63,903 nt of DNA, filler included, from Acetivibrio sp. (GCF_035371925.1; 4 parts of 4 records of this genome joined end to end with filler, not necessarily neighbours in it), one strand, 5' to 3'; shown: positions 10,586 to 21,092, counted from the whole stretch's first letter. Notes: a model not told the origin generated them from the sequence alone. A program made the numbers and translations.

Positions 10586-10607
10586 AGAATACCACTTCCT
10601 TGACAGA

Positions 10608-11855
10608 TTACTTTCTTCTGGAATATCCTACCGGAAAAACGACGTTCTCATGAGCAGGATCGGCATTAAGCTTCTCGTCTTGAAGCAAAATCCCCCTTTT
10701 CACCGAATAATGTCCGAATCTCTCCCTGACTCTGTCCACACATTCATCAATCATCTCAAGCTTTTGTCTTTTGGCATCATCCAAAAACAACGACATCTGC
10801 GTACAGGTATCCGCCTCAACCAAATCCGTCACTCTGACCCCCAAAGCTCTTATATTCTGTGACCAATCCCAGGACTTCAAAAATATTTCATATGCTTTTT
10901 GAGCAATTTCTGATGTAATAAAGGTATGAAAATCAAGCTTGCCCTGCCTCTCCAAGGTCTGAAGCTCCGGATCCTTCAGGCTTATCTGTACTGTCCTTCC
11001 TTTAAGATTGTGACTTCTAAGCCTTTCTCCCACACTTTCGGAGAGCACATATATCAGGATCCGGACGTCTTCATTGTTTATAAGGTCCCTTGGAGTAGTG
11101 AGGGAATTACCTATGCTCTTTATCGCCATTTCACAATTATTCTTTGCAACAGAACCGGTGTCATAACCGTTTGCAAAGCTCCACAGGGTATATCCCCATT
11201 TTCCCAATTGCTTTACAAGAAACTCCGGATGGCAATTTGCCAAATCCCCAATGGTAAAAACAGCTAAATTGTTAAGTCTCCTTTTTGTTGAATTTCCCAC
11301 ATAGAGAAGAGCTTCCACCGGAAGTCCCCATATTTTCTCTTTAAAATTGTCCTCGGTAATAACCGTTACCGCGTCCGGCTTTTTCATATCGGAGCCAAGC
11401 TTTGCAAATATTTTATTATAGCTTACTCCTATGGAAACCGTAACCCCCAGCTCCCTTTTTATTCTCTCCCTTATCTCATTGGCAATTTTCACTCCGTCTC
11501 CAAAAAGCAAGGTACTTTCGCTGACATCCAGCCAGCACTCGTCGAGTCCAAAGGACTCTACTCTGTCGGTATAATACTCGTAAATTTGCCGGGCATATTT
11601 TGAAAATTTGTAATACAAAGGATGGTTGGCTTTTACCGTAACCAGCCCGGGACATTTACCTTTAGCCTCCCATACGGTCTCGCCCGTCTTTACATTGTAT
11701 TTCTTTGCCAGTTCGTTTTTGGCAAGCACGATGCCATGCCTGTCTTCCACCGAGCCGCACACTGCAACAGGCTTTTGGCGAAGCTCGGGATTGTATAAGC
11801 ATTCCACACTGGCATAGAAATTATTAAGATCGCAATGAAGAATTACTCTCTTCAT
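10608..11855 (-). CDS. dinB: Y-family DNA polymerase (DinB/Pol IV-like)
   Basis: Catalytic HCDLNNFYASVE and GLDECWLD, KIFAKLGSDMKKP, and clamp-binding QMSLF. Confidence 0.92.
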   Translation of the reverse strand: MKRVILHCDLNNFYASVECLYNPELRQKPVAVCGSVEDRHGIVLAKNELAKKYNVKTGETVWEAKGKCPGLVTVKANHPLYYKFSKYARQIYEYYTDRVESFGLDECWLDVSESTLLFGDGVKIANEIRERIKRELGVTVSIGVSYNKIFAKLGSDMKKPDAVTVITEDNFKEKIWGLPVEALLYVGNSTKRRLNNLAVFTIGDLANCHPEFLVKQLGKWGYTLWSFANGYDTGSVAKNNCEMAIKSIGNSLTTPRDLINNEDVRILIYVLSESVGERLRSHNLKGRTVQISLKDPELQTLERQGKLDFHTFITSEIAQKAYEIFLKSWDWSQNIRALGVRVTDLVEADTCTQMSLFLDDAKRQKLEMIDECVDRVRERFGHYSVKRGILLQDEKLNADPAHENVVFPVGYSRRK

Positions 11856-11876
11856 TTTAATTTCACCTTCTTACAT

Positions 11877-11890
11877 CGAACATTTGTTCG
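11877..11890. promoter_or_regulatory. LexA (Cheo/SOS) box
   Basis: CGAACATTTGTTCG matches the Firmicutes consensus CGAAC-N4-GTTCG, directly downstream of the dinB -10. Confidence 0.9.
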
Positions 11891-11897
11891 TACTTAT

Positions 11898-11926
11898 ATT
11901 ATAAGCCAATCATTTCTAATTGTAAA
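11898..11926 (-). promoter_or_regulatory. Sigma-A promoter of dinB
   Basis: TTTACA-17 nt-TATAAT on the minus strand. Confidence 0.75.
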
Positions 11927-12211
11927 GACCGTTGTGAATTTACAAAGACACATAGCTTAAAAAATGCAGAAACACTAGATATTCCTACAATATACATTAT
12001 GCAAACGTTTATGAATAGCAAAACTTCACCCAAAATTGTTTTGAAAAAACCCTAAGTTTCAATTGCTCTTTTCCGAATAATATTATGTAAGTCAAAAATA
12101 TATCCAGTACGAAAAACAAATTTATTTACGCAAGTCCCACAATTGTCGGGGGAAACATACAAATCCCATCTTTTTATGTTCTCCCGGCACAATTAAAAAC
12201 TCATACACTGC

Positions 12212-12250
12212 AAAAAGCTCAAAGACTTCCCCTGGTCTTTGAGCTTTTTT
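12212..12250. terminator. Intrinsic terminator downstream of dut (bidirectional geometry)
   Basis: AAAAAGCTCAAAGAC...GTCTTTGAGCTTTTTT. Confidence 0.8.
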
Positions 12251-12274
12251 GCAAACTTTTTTATTTTATTTTTA

Positions 12275-12793
12275 TTACTCCCTCACTCCGGTGGATCCGA
12301 ATCCGCCTCCGCGGTCAATACCTATTTCCTTTACCGAGTCCACTACTTTAAACTGAATTCGCGGGACGCGCTGCAGAACAATCTGTGCAATTCTGTCCCC
12401 CTTGCAAATCTTGTACACACCCTGTTTATTACCTTTGCTTCCGATAGTAAACTCAATCGGGTCGGATGAAATTTGCTCATTGGACGCCGGTACCGACGCA
12501 TTTGTAACGATTATCCCTATCTCATCCCTGTAGCCGCTGTCAATGGTACCCGGCGAATTTGGGATTCTCAGAGGCGTGTTTAACGATATGCCGCTCCTGG
12601 GACGAACCTGTATCTCATAGCCCTCGGGAACAGCCATCTTAAGACCTGTCGGAATTATTACCGTTTCCCCGGGTCTTATGACTACATCTTCGGCAGCATA
12701 AATATCCATACCGGCATCCCATTGGTTTGCATACTTCGGTATTATTGCTCCTTCCCTGCATATTTCCACATAAACCTCAACATTTTCCGACAT
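12275..12793 (-). CDS. dut: Trimeric dUTP diphosphatase
   Basis: Motifs AGMD, RPRSG, GTIDSGYRDEI, GDRIAQ and RGGGFGSTG. Confidence 0.93.
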   Translation of the reverse strand: MSENVEVYVEICREGAIIPKYANQWDAGMDIYAAEDVVIRPGETVIIPTGLKMAVPEGYEIQVRPRSGISLNTPLRIPNSPGTIDSGYRDEIGIIVTNASVPASNEQISSDPIEFTIGSKGNKQGVYKICKGDRIAQIVLQRVPRIQFKVVDSVKEIGIDRGGGFGSTGVRE

Positions 12794-12826
12794 TCAATTA
12801 CCTCCAAACAAAACCTTTTTTTTGCA

Positions 12827-15340
12827 CTAGACACCCCTTGGGAAATGTCCCTTTGTAAAACCCCTGTCCTTTATTTTGTCAATCAATTCCTTATAAGAAT
12901 CTAAAGCCTTGGAACCTTCATTTAGAATATCACTGTGCATCCTTATTATATCTCTGACCTCATTCGGGCTCTCATCGGTAAAATTAAGCCGTATCATGTC
13001 AACGCCCGATGTTTTAATTCTATCAACAGTATCTGAAAGCAGCAATACTTTTGCATTAAAAATCGTACTTCTACAGTCAATCCTGTCGCACAGCACAGGA
13101 AATTTCATGTTCATCCTGTCCTCCAGGTAAAAGTTTTTGTCCTTACAAGCCATATTGCATTTGGAGTTCTTACCGAAATTACCCTTTATGCTCCCCACAG
13201 GGCAGTACTCGCTGGTCATAAGGGGTATTCTTCCGTATACCAGCACTTCCTGTGTAAATTCCGGAAATTTCTCAAGCGCCTTTATCTGGTTGAGATTGAG
13301 CTCCAAAGATATGGTAGCTCCGTCAAACCCCATATCCATAAGGGCCTTTACCGAAAAACTGTTAAATACGTTTAAAGAGTAGTCACCCATTACACAAAGC
13401 TCCCCGTACGCTTTGGCATATTGTACCGCCCCGGGATTTCCCAAAAGAATCCCGTCAAATCCCATTTCCACAATATCCTCAAGCCGGGATTTTATCAGTT
13501 CGTCATAATTTCCCCTGGTTATTGGAGGAATAAAAACAAACAGCTCTGCATTTTCTTTAAGGCGCAAAATCCTTTCTTTCTTTTTCCCAAGAAGCATGCC
13601 AAAAGGAAGGTATATCCTGTCTGCCCCAAGGTTTTCATATTCCAGCCCGTCAATATCTGTGTAAAAACATGCCGAAATTTTTAAATCCTTTTCCCCGTTT
13701 CGACTATTTCCCGGGAAATGCAGCATATCTTCCGATTTTTCTTGCAAATTTCCCGGCTTTCTATGGGGATATCTGTCGGACCTCTTTGCTTCCAACTCTT
13801 CTAATGCAGAGCGCCGAAGGGTATTGATTTCACTTATGGGCACAGACAAACCCTCACCAACATCGGCGGACAATACTTTAAACTCGAAAGGAGTCTGTCC
13901 GGTTTTTGCCGCCTGCCGGACTACCCTTTCTTCGGTAATGGGGCTTGTCAATGCTTTCTCCGGGATATATTGGGATTTAACCTCAACCTCATTTCCCGCA
14001 TAATCTTTTACAATAATCGACACTGGCTTTCCGCTTGTTATGCTGAGCCTTCCTTCAATGGGAATCTTTCTTTTCGATTTCCCTGTGAAGGATTCTTTTG
14101 CAAAGGTATTCAGCTTTTTATCCGATGTCTTGTAGACTCTATTTCCTTTTCCTATTTTGCCTTTGATGCTTCTTACTTCGGCCACCTGCTGCGGATTTGC
14201 CTCCGTCACTGTCTTTCCGTTTACCCGGATTGAGGTTACAATTGTCCCCGGGCTTTCATCCTCATTGTTCCACACCTCAATCCCGTCTCCTATGCTTAAA
14301 GGCTCCTCAAGCTTTATTTTGACACTCTCCGAAGCCTTGTCATAGGATATTACTTCTCCCAAGTATATTCCCCAGTTTTTAGGCTTCTCAAAACTCATCA
14401 TATCCCTTCCCGTTTTTCCTTCCAGGTATCCTTTTGAGAAGTCGCCCCGGTTGAATATCTGGGTAAGGTCCTTTATGTCCTTTTCTTCAATATCTGCACC
14501 ATAGCTGCCGGGCTCTTCCAACAGCCTGTCAAGATATTTTCTGTATACCCTGACCACAGTTGCCACATATTCCGGACTTTTCATCCTGCCTTCAATTTTC
14601 AGCGATTTTACGCCCGCCTTTACAAGCTTGTCCAAAATCTCAATTGAGCAAAGGTCTTTGGGGCTTAAAAAATATCCCCTGTCCGTCTTCTTTCCGGACA
14701 AAGTTTTTTCCTTGCCGGATTCCAAAAGCCGGTACGGCAGCCTGCATGGCTGGGCACATTTGCCGCGGTTGCCGCTTCTTCCTCCAATAATACTGCTCAT
14801 AAGGCACTGTCCCGAATAACAAACACACAATGCCCCGTGAACAAACACCTCTATTTCCAGCGAGGTGCTCTTGGCAATATGCTCTATTTCTTCCAAAGAC
14901 AATTCCCTTGCAAGCACAACCCTTTTAAATCCCAGCTCCTCCATCTGCCTTACGCCTTCCAGGTTATATATTGTCATCTGTGTGCTTGCGTGAAGCGGAA
15001 GGTCGGGGAACAGATTTTTTATTAAACCTGCCAAACCAATATCCTGGACTATCACCCCGTCAATACCCGCAAGGTACGACTGCTCCAGTGCTTTTAATGC
15101 TTCTTTTATCTCACTGTCGCCTATCAAGGTATTCATGGTCCGGTATACGTTTACATCCCTTGCATGGGCATATTGTACGGCTTCTTTAAAGTTCTCTTCA
15201 TCAAAATTTGAAGCAAACTGTCTTGCATTAAACAGCTTGCCCCCCATGTATACCGCATCGGCACCGTTTTCAACGGCTGCAACAAAGGCATCCCAGTCTC
15301 CGCAGGGGGCAAGCAATTCCGGTTTAAAATCTCCTATCAT
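12827..15340 (-). CDS. U32 family peptidase-like protein with DUF3656 (RlhA-like Fe-S hydroxylase)
   Basis: Motifs PELLAPCG, HASTQ, VLAREL, HGALCVCYSGQC, RGKCAQPCR and KIEGRMK. 837 aa. Confidence 0.85.
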   Translation of the reverse strand: MIGDFKPELLAPCGDWDAFVAAVENGADAVYMGGKLFNARQFASNFDEENFKEAVQYAHARDVNVYRTMNTLIGDSEIKEALKALEQSYLAGIDGVIVQDIGLAGLIKNLFPDLPLHASTQMTIYNLEGVRQMEELGFKRVVLARELSLEEIEHIAKSTSLEIEVFVHGALCVCYSGQCLMSSIIGGRSGNRGKCAQPCRLPYRLLESGKEKTLSGKKTDRGYFLSPKDLCSIEILDKLVKAGVKSLKIEGRMKSPEYVATVVRVYRKYLDRLLEEPGSYGADIEEKDIKDLTQIFNRGDFSKGYLEGKTGRDMMSFEKPKNWGIYLGEVISYDKASESVKIKLEEPLSIGDGIEVWNNEDESPGTIVTSIRVNGKTVTEANPQQVAEVRSIKGKIGKGNRVYKTSDKKLNTFAKESFTGKSKRKIPIEGRLSITSGKPVSIIVKDYAGNEVEVKSQYIPEKALTSPITEERVVRQAAKTGQTPFEFKVLSADVGEGLSVPISEINTLRRSALEELEAKRSDRYPHRKPGNLQEKSEDMLHFPGNSRNGEKDLKISACFYTDIDGLEYENLGADRIYLPFGMLLGKKKERILRLKENAELFVFIPPITRGNYDELIKSRLEDIVEMGFDGILLGNPGAVQYAKAYGELCVMGDYSLNVFNSFSVKALMDMGFDGATISLELNLNQIKALEKFPEFTQEVLVYGRIPLMTSEYCPVGSIKGNFGKNSKCNMACKDKNFYLEDRMNMKFPVLCDRIDCRSTIFNAKVLLLSDTVDRIKTSGVDMIRLNFTDESPNEVRDIIRMHSDILNEGSKALDSYKELIDKIKDRGFTKGHFPRGV

Positions 15341-16221
15341 AGTTCTCCCTTTGAATCAAAAATATTTAATACCGCAGGCATAATGTCTGTCAGCGAATCT
15401 ATCTTTATCTCCACATTCTTAAGCTTTTTCCCAAGAATAACCGTAGGTACCTTGTTAAACGTATGGGTCTTTACCGTCAAGTCTTCAACATTGCCATGGT
15501 CACTGGTAATGAATATAATATCCTCATTCTCGTCATAAAGCTGCAAAAGCTCACCCAAAAAGGCATCAAGAATCTTTAGCTTTTCCATAGCCGTCTCCAT
15601 TTCCATCTTGTGGCCTACTATATCTGTGACAAAATACTCAAAAAGCGTAAAATCATATTTCCGGCTAAGATTATAAAGCCTTTGCGCCGCTTCCTCCGGA
15701 GTAATTAGCTCCTCCACATAACCTTCATTTTTCAAAACCTCTCCGACAATATCATGATACACTCCCTCTCCCAAAATATATTCTTCCACAGTTCTAAGAT
15801 TTAATCCTGAGGAGAGGGTCATTACCGTTGTGACCGAAGGACGATATTTTCTTTCCTTGGGGTCTTTAATTTTATCGATATAGGCTGTTCTGTAAACATT
15901 CGAATTTGTCACCGAAAAGCCTCTGTTTATAAGTTCTTTAAAAAGATTGCGGGAAGCTATTATCTTCTTCAGTGTAATTGTAGGCTGTCCGTGCAAATGT
16001 CTTGACAGCACTTTGGACGCATTTTGACCGGTAAATATGGTTGTCTGGCCCGTGGCACTCTGAGGCAGGCCGGGTACATCAAGGCATGCGTCCGTAGGAA
16101 TTACGTAAGCTTTATTAAGTATATAATTTATATTTTCAAGTTCGGGATTGGCCAGAGGGTTCACCGATGCATCCGCCTTTCCAATACCAAAACCGTCTAT
16201 GAAGATAAATATCATTCTCAT
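15337..16221 (-). CDS. Metalloenzyme (alkaline phosphatase/phosphopentomutase superfamily)
   Basis: Motifs IFIDGFG, PQSATGQT, TDIVGH, TSDHGN and HT. Overlaps the U32 start by 4 bp. Confidence 0.75.
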   Translation of the reverse strand: MRMIFIFIDGFGIGKADASVNPLANPELENINYILNKAYVIPTDACLDVPGLPQSATGQTTIFTGQNASKVLSRHLHGQPTITLKKIIASRNLFKELINRGFSVTNSNVYRTAYIDKIKDPKERKYRPSVTTVMTLSSGLNLRTVEEYILGEGVYHDIVGEVLKNEGYVEELITPEEAAQRLYNLSRKYDFTLFEYFVTDIVGHKMEMETAMEKLKILDAFLGELLQLYDENEDIIFITSDHGNVEDLTVKTHTFNKVPTVILGKKLKNVEIKIDSLTDIMPAVLNIFDSKGEL

Positions 16222-16294
16222 GGTCCGACACCACCCTCAAAAAAGTAAAAGAAGCGCTGTTTACGCTTCCTTGCTGTTTCGGCAGCCAATATAT

Positions 16295-16705
16295 CTAAAT
16301 TCTGGCCCTGGTCGACTTTTCAAGCGCATTTCGCACTTCATTCAATTCCGCTTCCCTCTTTGCCAGCTCCAATTGATAATGGGTGTTTTTATTGCTTATT
16401 ACGGCATTTTCATTGGCGAGCCTTTGGTTTTCCCCTTTCAGTCTTTCAATCTCTTCCTTTGCGCTCTTTAATTCCTTGCTCAAGCTGATAACGTTTTCAT
16501 GTGCCTTGAAATAATCGTCGGCAACATTAATAGCGGTAAGCACCGACGCCATGGAAGTACTGAGTTTGCTGTTCATTCTCATGATTTCGTTCATCTTTTT
16601 GTCTATATACAATGCCACCTTCTGTATATACTCCTCGGACTCAACACCAACCAACGTATAATCCTTGCCTGCTATCCTGACATCCACTTTGTTTTTCTCC
16701 GCCAT
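16295..16705 (-). CDS. zapA: Cell division protein ZapA
   Basis: KVDVRIAGKDY...YIDKKM...LTAINVAD followed by a coiled coil. Confidence 0.85.
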   Translation of the reverse strand: MAEKNKVDVRIAGKDYTLVGVESEEYIQKVALYIDKKMNEIMRMNSKLSTSMASVLTAINVADDYFKAHENVISLSKELKSAKEEIERLKGENQRLANENAVISNKNTHYQLELAKREAELNEVRNALEKSTRARI

Positions 16706-16865
16706 ACCATCAGCTCCTTTGCACATTGCAAACTCCTGCAACTCATTTTCTCAAAAAAGGACACATTATTATATATTATACAATATTTCGGCACAAAAAT
16801 CATTGGTTTTTCGTGAATATATTAAGAATTTGCAAAAGAAGCGAAGTATGAGTAATTTTATTTAT

Positions 16866-16896
16866 AAAAAAAGGACCGGCATAAGCCGATCCTTTT
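16866..16896 (-). terminator. Intrinsic terminator of celS
   Basis: Minus strand AAAAGGATCGGC-TTAT-GCCGGTCCTTTTTTT. Confidence 0.75.
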
Positions 16897-16908
16897 CATT
16901 CATTTGAA

Positions 16909-19149
16909 TTATTTATATGGTAATTCTTTTATTTCTTTAATAACGTATCTTCTTAATATTGATACGTCTGTTGAGTTAACTCTGCCGTCAACATTTACAT
17001 CGGCATTCTTCAAGTTGATGGCACTTTCACTTACTTGTTTGAGAACGTATCTCTTCAACAATGAGTAGTCGGTTGAAGTAACCTTTCCGTCATCATTGCA
17101 GTCACCGTATAATGCTGTTCCAGGACCATCACCAACATAAGTTCCAGGTTGGTTATATGCCATATCTGGGAAGTATGTTGCCAATACACCCATACCAACT
17201 GCGAGGTCAACTTCATGCCAGAAACGGTGATAGTTCAATACAGGAGCTTCGCCTCTCAAGTATGCCTGATATACTTTGTCGTAGTCAGGATCTTGTTTAT
17301 ATTTTGTACGGATATCTATAAATTTCACACCTGGCTGAATCTTGTCGCCGTTTGGCATAGTTCCGCTCCAGCCAGCCGGAACAAATACTTCCTGCTCGAA
17401 GAAACGCTTGTAGTCTGAACGTGCTTCTTCAGTAACAACACCTTTTCCTTCTTCGCAGTAGTAGTTGTACCATGCGCGGTTAACCAATTCAGCAGCTACA
17501 TCTCTTGCTTGTGTATTAAGTTTTCCTTCCCATAATTCTGTAGCTTTAGCATAAGTTGCAAGAGCATTTGCAAGTGAACCTGTAACACCAAGGTCAGTAC
17601 CATATTCAGTAACTTTTACATGGAGGTTCGGGTTGCCAGTGTATTTTCCGTTCCATGTATCCGGTTGACCTGTCCACTCAAGGTTTCCAGGAATTGCGAA
17701 TGTTCCATCTTCGTAGAACTTAACTTCGCTTATTACCCAGTCAACCCATTTTTTAGTGAGGTCTTTAAGTCTTGAATCACCAGTTTCGAGGTAGAGATCC
17801 ATTATACGCTGCATTGACCATGCCTGCATACCAAACCATTGGTTACTTCCAGGGTCAGCATATACAGGGTGTGGAACGTATGCCATGCCATAGAATGTTG
17901 ATGTGCCTGCAGGATATTTTTCATATCTACCGTTCCATGAGTTGGTTGCTCCACCGGCTATACCACCTTCAGCCGACTGCAGCCATTGATAGAATTCGAT
18001 CTGTCTGTCCAAACTTGTTGTCCAGTCTTTCTTACTGTTGGATGAATTAGGAACAAATCCGTCTTGTGTTGCAGTTATCCATGCCTGGAATGGGTTCTGG
18101 TATCCGAAGTGTACGTGGCTGCATCCAATCTTCCATGCCCATGATGCACCGATTCCGCCACCCCATGAAGTATACCAAGCCATGAGGTAGTGTGCACTGT
18201 CATAACCTGTACCAGGAGTCTTGTCCTGTGCACCAATCTTCATGAAGTACTTGTCGAACATGTCATTTCTCATGTAGTCACCCATTTTAGCTGCTTTTGC
18301 TACAACAGAAGAAACTTGAGATTGTTTTCCCTGTTCTTTTGCCCATTTGTTTGCCCAGTAAACAGCCTGTATAGCACGGCCTTCTGCGTCAGGAGCGTTG
18401 GTATAACGCCACTGTCGTGAATAAGATTTGTCCTTTGTGAACAAATCAAGGAATCCGTTAGGTCCGCCATACTTGAACTCTTCTATTGACGGGTGGGGGA
18501 TAGTTTCCCATGTAGATTCCTGTTCACCTCTTTGGAAGGTGTTTATATATGTTGCCTTAGTTCCTGAACCATAACCATACCAGTTGTCAACGTCCAACAA
18601 CCAGTGCATGAGGTACATGTTTGGACCGTATGCAGAGGTAATGTCGTTGTGTACAGGGTCAGTTCCAACTTTTACAGTATCAAACTTCAATTCTGAAGGA
18701 TAGTATTTTGGATCCTGATATTCGTCAGCATATGTAGCAGGGCTGCTTGGATTATATGATGCCATACCCTGTTGCTGTGTGCTGGCAGGAATTATATGGT
18801 CTTCCATTTCACTCCATGCCTTGTCTACTCCGGACCAGTTGCCCGAAAGGTTTCCGTACATTGCTTCAAGCCATACATAGTAACTGAAGGCTTCACTTGT
18901 TGAAACGTGACCGTAGTCCGGCGCTTCAACGATCAGTGTTTCAATTGAGTGATAAGGTATTCCCTCTTCGTCGAAATATCCGTTTCTAGGATCTTTAATC
19001 ATTCCGTAGAATTCAAGGAAAAGATCCTTATAAGATGTTCCAAATTTTGTAGGCGCCTTTGTAGGACCTGCGAATGCTGTAGTAGGTACCATTATGGATA
19101 CCAGCATCGCAATCGCTAATAAAATAGAGATTTTTTTGCTTTTTACCAT
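16909..19149 (-). CDS. celS: Cellulosomal GH48 exoglucanase with signal peptide and type I dockerin (CelS/Cel48S ortholog)
   Basis: Signal peptide MVKSKK...AFA, GH48 motifs [24 protein letters not shown] and TNAPDAE. Duplicated dockerin [12 protein letters not shown] / [12 protein letters not shown]. Confidence 0.96.
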   Translation of the reverse strand: MVKSKKISILLAIAMLVSIMVPTTAFAGPTKAPTKFGTSYKDLFLEFYGMIKDPRNGYFDEEGIPYHSIETLIVEAPDYGHVSTSEAFSYYVWLEAMYGNLSGNWSGVDKAWSEMEDHIIPASTQQQGMASYNPSSPATYADEYQDPKYYPSELKFDTVKVGTDPVHNDITSAYGPNMYLMHWLLDVDNWYGYGSGTKATYINTFQRGEQESTWETIPHPSIEEFKYGGPNGFLDLFTKDKSYSRQWRYTNAPDAEGRAIQAVYWANKWAKEQGKQSQVSSVVAKAAKMGDYMRNDMFDKYFMKIGAQDKTPGTGYDSAHYLMAWYTSWGGGIGASWAWKIGCSHVHFGYQNPFQAWITATQDGFVPNSSNSKKDWTTSLDRQIEFYQWLQSAEGGIAGGATNSWNGRYEKYPAGTSTFYGMAYVPHPVYADPGSNQWFGMQAWSMQRIMDLYLETGDSRLKDLTKKWVDWVISEVKFYEDGTFAIPGNLEWTGQPDTWNGKYTGNPNLHVKVTEYGTDLGVTGSLANALATYAKATELWEGKLNTQARDVAAELVNRAWYNYYCEEGKGVVTEEARSDYKRFFEQEVFVPAGWSGTMPNGDKIQPGVKFIDIRTKYKQDPDYDKVYQAYLRGEAPVLNYHRFWHEVDLAVGMGVLATYFPDMAYNQPGTYVGDGPGTALYGDCNDDGKVTSTDYSLLKRYVLKQVSESAINLKNADVNVDGRVNSTDVSILRRYVIKEIKELPYK

Positions 19150-19699
19150 TCTCTCCATCTTCCCCTTTCAAATATACTTTTTTATTCTTTTTAAGTTATA
19201 TGATGTAATAATGCAACTTACCCGCAATTCAACCATTCCCCCTTTTTGCGGATACATTTTCACGCATTATTTCCATCATAGAACTAAGCTGTACTTAAAA
19301 ACTTCTTAATTTGCAACACAATAAACTTGTGTTAATAGTATAAAAATCACGTTTGCTTTTTGCTTAAGCCAGCCGAACATTTTGCAGAAAACCGCACCTG
19401 TTGCCAAAAATAATGCATAAAAGATACCTGCCGCATAGATAACACCGAAAGGTTTGAAAGATAACTGCTGCTTGGAACAAGGAATATTGCAAAAAGTGAA
19501 ATTTGTACATACTAAGTTATTACTACAATAAATACATCTTTATCATGGGAATTTAAACAGACTTGTGAAGCCTTACAACAAATGCAGCTGAGTTAAGTAA
19601 AGCAATTTCCGTATTCAGTTTTTATATTCAATTTTTCAACGACCTTCATTCGGTCCAAAAATTATATTACAATTAATAATTATTATTCATATATATACT

Positions 19700-19726
19700 T
19701 TCGTAAAAACATATTTTTTAAGGGGG
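19700..19726 (-). promoter_or_regulatory. Putative alternative sigma-I promoter upstream of celS
   Basis: Minus strand CCCCCTTAAA-AAATATGTTTTTA-CGAA matches CCCnnAAA-N13-CGWA. Confidence 0.7.
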
Positions 19727-19977
19727 CAGGAAAAATAACTTAAAGGTAAAATTACAGTGCAGAAATACCTGAAAACCTTGCATTTTTTCGAAAAATAACA
19801 GATATGCCGCATATTGTACGGTTGTAACTATACCCCCATTTCAAAATAAGCTAAGTCAATTATTGCTATTTCGTCTCGTATCTTAATTATAATACACAAT
19901 AAATTTGTATGCAAGTCATAAAATGATTATCCCACAAAAAGTATCGGTTCTAAATAAAATTTCTTAAACCTATTGTC

Positions 19978-20077
19978 NNNNNNNNNNNNNNNNNNNNNNN
20001 NNNNNNNNNNNNNNNNNNNNNTTAATTAATTAANNNNNNNNNNNNNNNNNNNNNNNNNNNNNNNNNNNNNNNNNNNN
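19978..20077. other. Artificial contig linker
   Basis: 100-bp N-run containing TTAATTAATTAA (stop codons in all frames). Confidence 0.97.
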
Positions 20078-20262
20078 CCTATGTCGTTGAGAATTCCTTT
20101 TGCTTCATTTGTTGGCATGCTGAATCTCTGGCTTAGATATCTCAAAGAAGCAGCAAGCTCTCCATCAGGTCCTCCGTATTGGGAAATAATATACTTTGCC
20201 ATCTTGGGATTTGGTGTTTTGATTCTTATAGGATATTCCAGTTTCTTTTCATAAACCCACAT
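20078..20262 (-). CDS. cotJC: Spore coat Mn-catalase CotJC, 3'-truncated at the contig end
   Basis: MWVYEKKLEYP...SQYGGPDGELAASLRYLSQR, running into the linker. Confidence 0.9.
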
Positions 20263-20319
20263 TTTTTTACCTCCTCGGACAAACATCGAAATATATAAAA
20301 TCAAATTCTATCAGCAAGG

Positions 20320-20565
20320 CTATTCCCACGGCCATGGGCTGTTTATCCACTGCCACGGGCATTTATAGGGAGTGCTTTGGGCAGTTAACGGGCCATACAA
20401 TCTCTCGTACTCGTTTCTGAGCATTCTTGCTCTTTGAGCACAGTTGTAAAAGAGCATTATTGTGTTCTGATCATAGGGATGTGTATTTAAATACAGGTTT
20501 AAATCGATAAGGGTAAAATCGGCGGCCATTACTTCTTTTAGCAGTTTAGCTTGATTCGGATTCAT
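20320..20565 (-). CDS. cotJB: Spore coat protein CotJB
   Basis: Motifs DLNLYLNTHP, YGPL and WQWINSPWPWE. Confidence 0.92.
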   Translation of the reverse strand: MNPNQAKLLKEVMAADFTLIDLNLYLNTHPYDQNTIMLFYNCAQRARMLRNEYERLYGPLTAQSTPYKCPWQWINSPWPWE

Positions 20566-20577
20566 GCTTTCACCTCC

Positions 20578-20835
20578 TTAGGCGTCTACAGTGTATTCAG
20601 GGTCCGTTCCATAAGGACTGTATAGTTCGGGAAATATTGTTCCTGCATTCAGACCCTTCATGGGCGGAAATATACAGCCTATGCATTGAAATGGAACGTA
20701 GGCGTGGGCCAGCTTCATTGGCATGCAATGAATTTTCACATTATGGCTCATGCCTTGAGTGGAGCAGGGCTGCATCATGCCTTGACTGTGTGCAGGCTGA
20801 AGCATACCGGTGTTGCAATTCTGATATTCCATCAT
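20578..20835 (-). CDS. cotJA: Spore coat-associated protein CotJA
   Basis: LAHAYVPFQ...GTIFPELYSPY, located upstream of cotJB. Confidence 0.88.
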   Translation of the reverse strand: MMEYQNCNTGMLQPAHSQGMMQPCSTQGMSHNVKIHCMPMKLAHAYVPFQCIGCIFPPMKGLNAGTIFPELYSPYGTDPEYTVDA

Positions 20836-20972
20836 CTTGATTCCCTCCAAAACAGCAATTTTACAGTAGAGTATTTTATTAACATAATATTCCGATAAGA
20901 AGCAAAAAGTTCTTTGATATTCTAATTAATAGAAAGGTTATAATATTTATTGAAAAATTTTTATATTCATTC

Positions 20973-21001
20973 TTTACAGTATCTAGTCAGTGTGTTAGAA
21001 T
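20973..21001 (+). promoter_or_regulatory. Sigma-A promoter of rpsO
   Basis: TTTACA-17 nt-TAGAAT. Confidence 0.6.
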
Positions 21002-21014
21002 GTTTGAGGGAAAT

Positions 21015-21075
21015 ATAACTATGTGCTCGGTTTAGGGTAACTCCGACCCTTTACTTAGCCATAGGGATTTAAAAA
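21015..21075 (+). promoter_or_regulatory. Putative S15 autoregulatory leader RNA
   Basis: Structured 5'UTR (GCTCGG...AGGGT/ACCCT...TTAGC) between the promoter and the rpsO RBS. S15 leaders are known in Firmicutes. Confidence 0.5.
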
Positions 21076-21092
21076 AAGGAGGATATTTTATT

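Noticed and set aside
19300..19540. Cys-rich/hydrophobic open frames inside the celS leader
   Set aside because: One frame has no start codon and the other has no RBS, so neither can be supported.
20019..20035. TTAATTAATTAA palindrome and apparent CotJC extension
   Set aside because: Part of the artificial linker.
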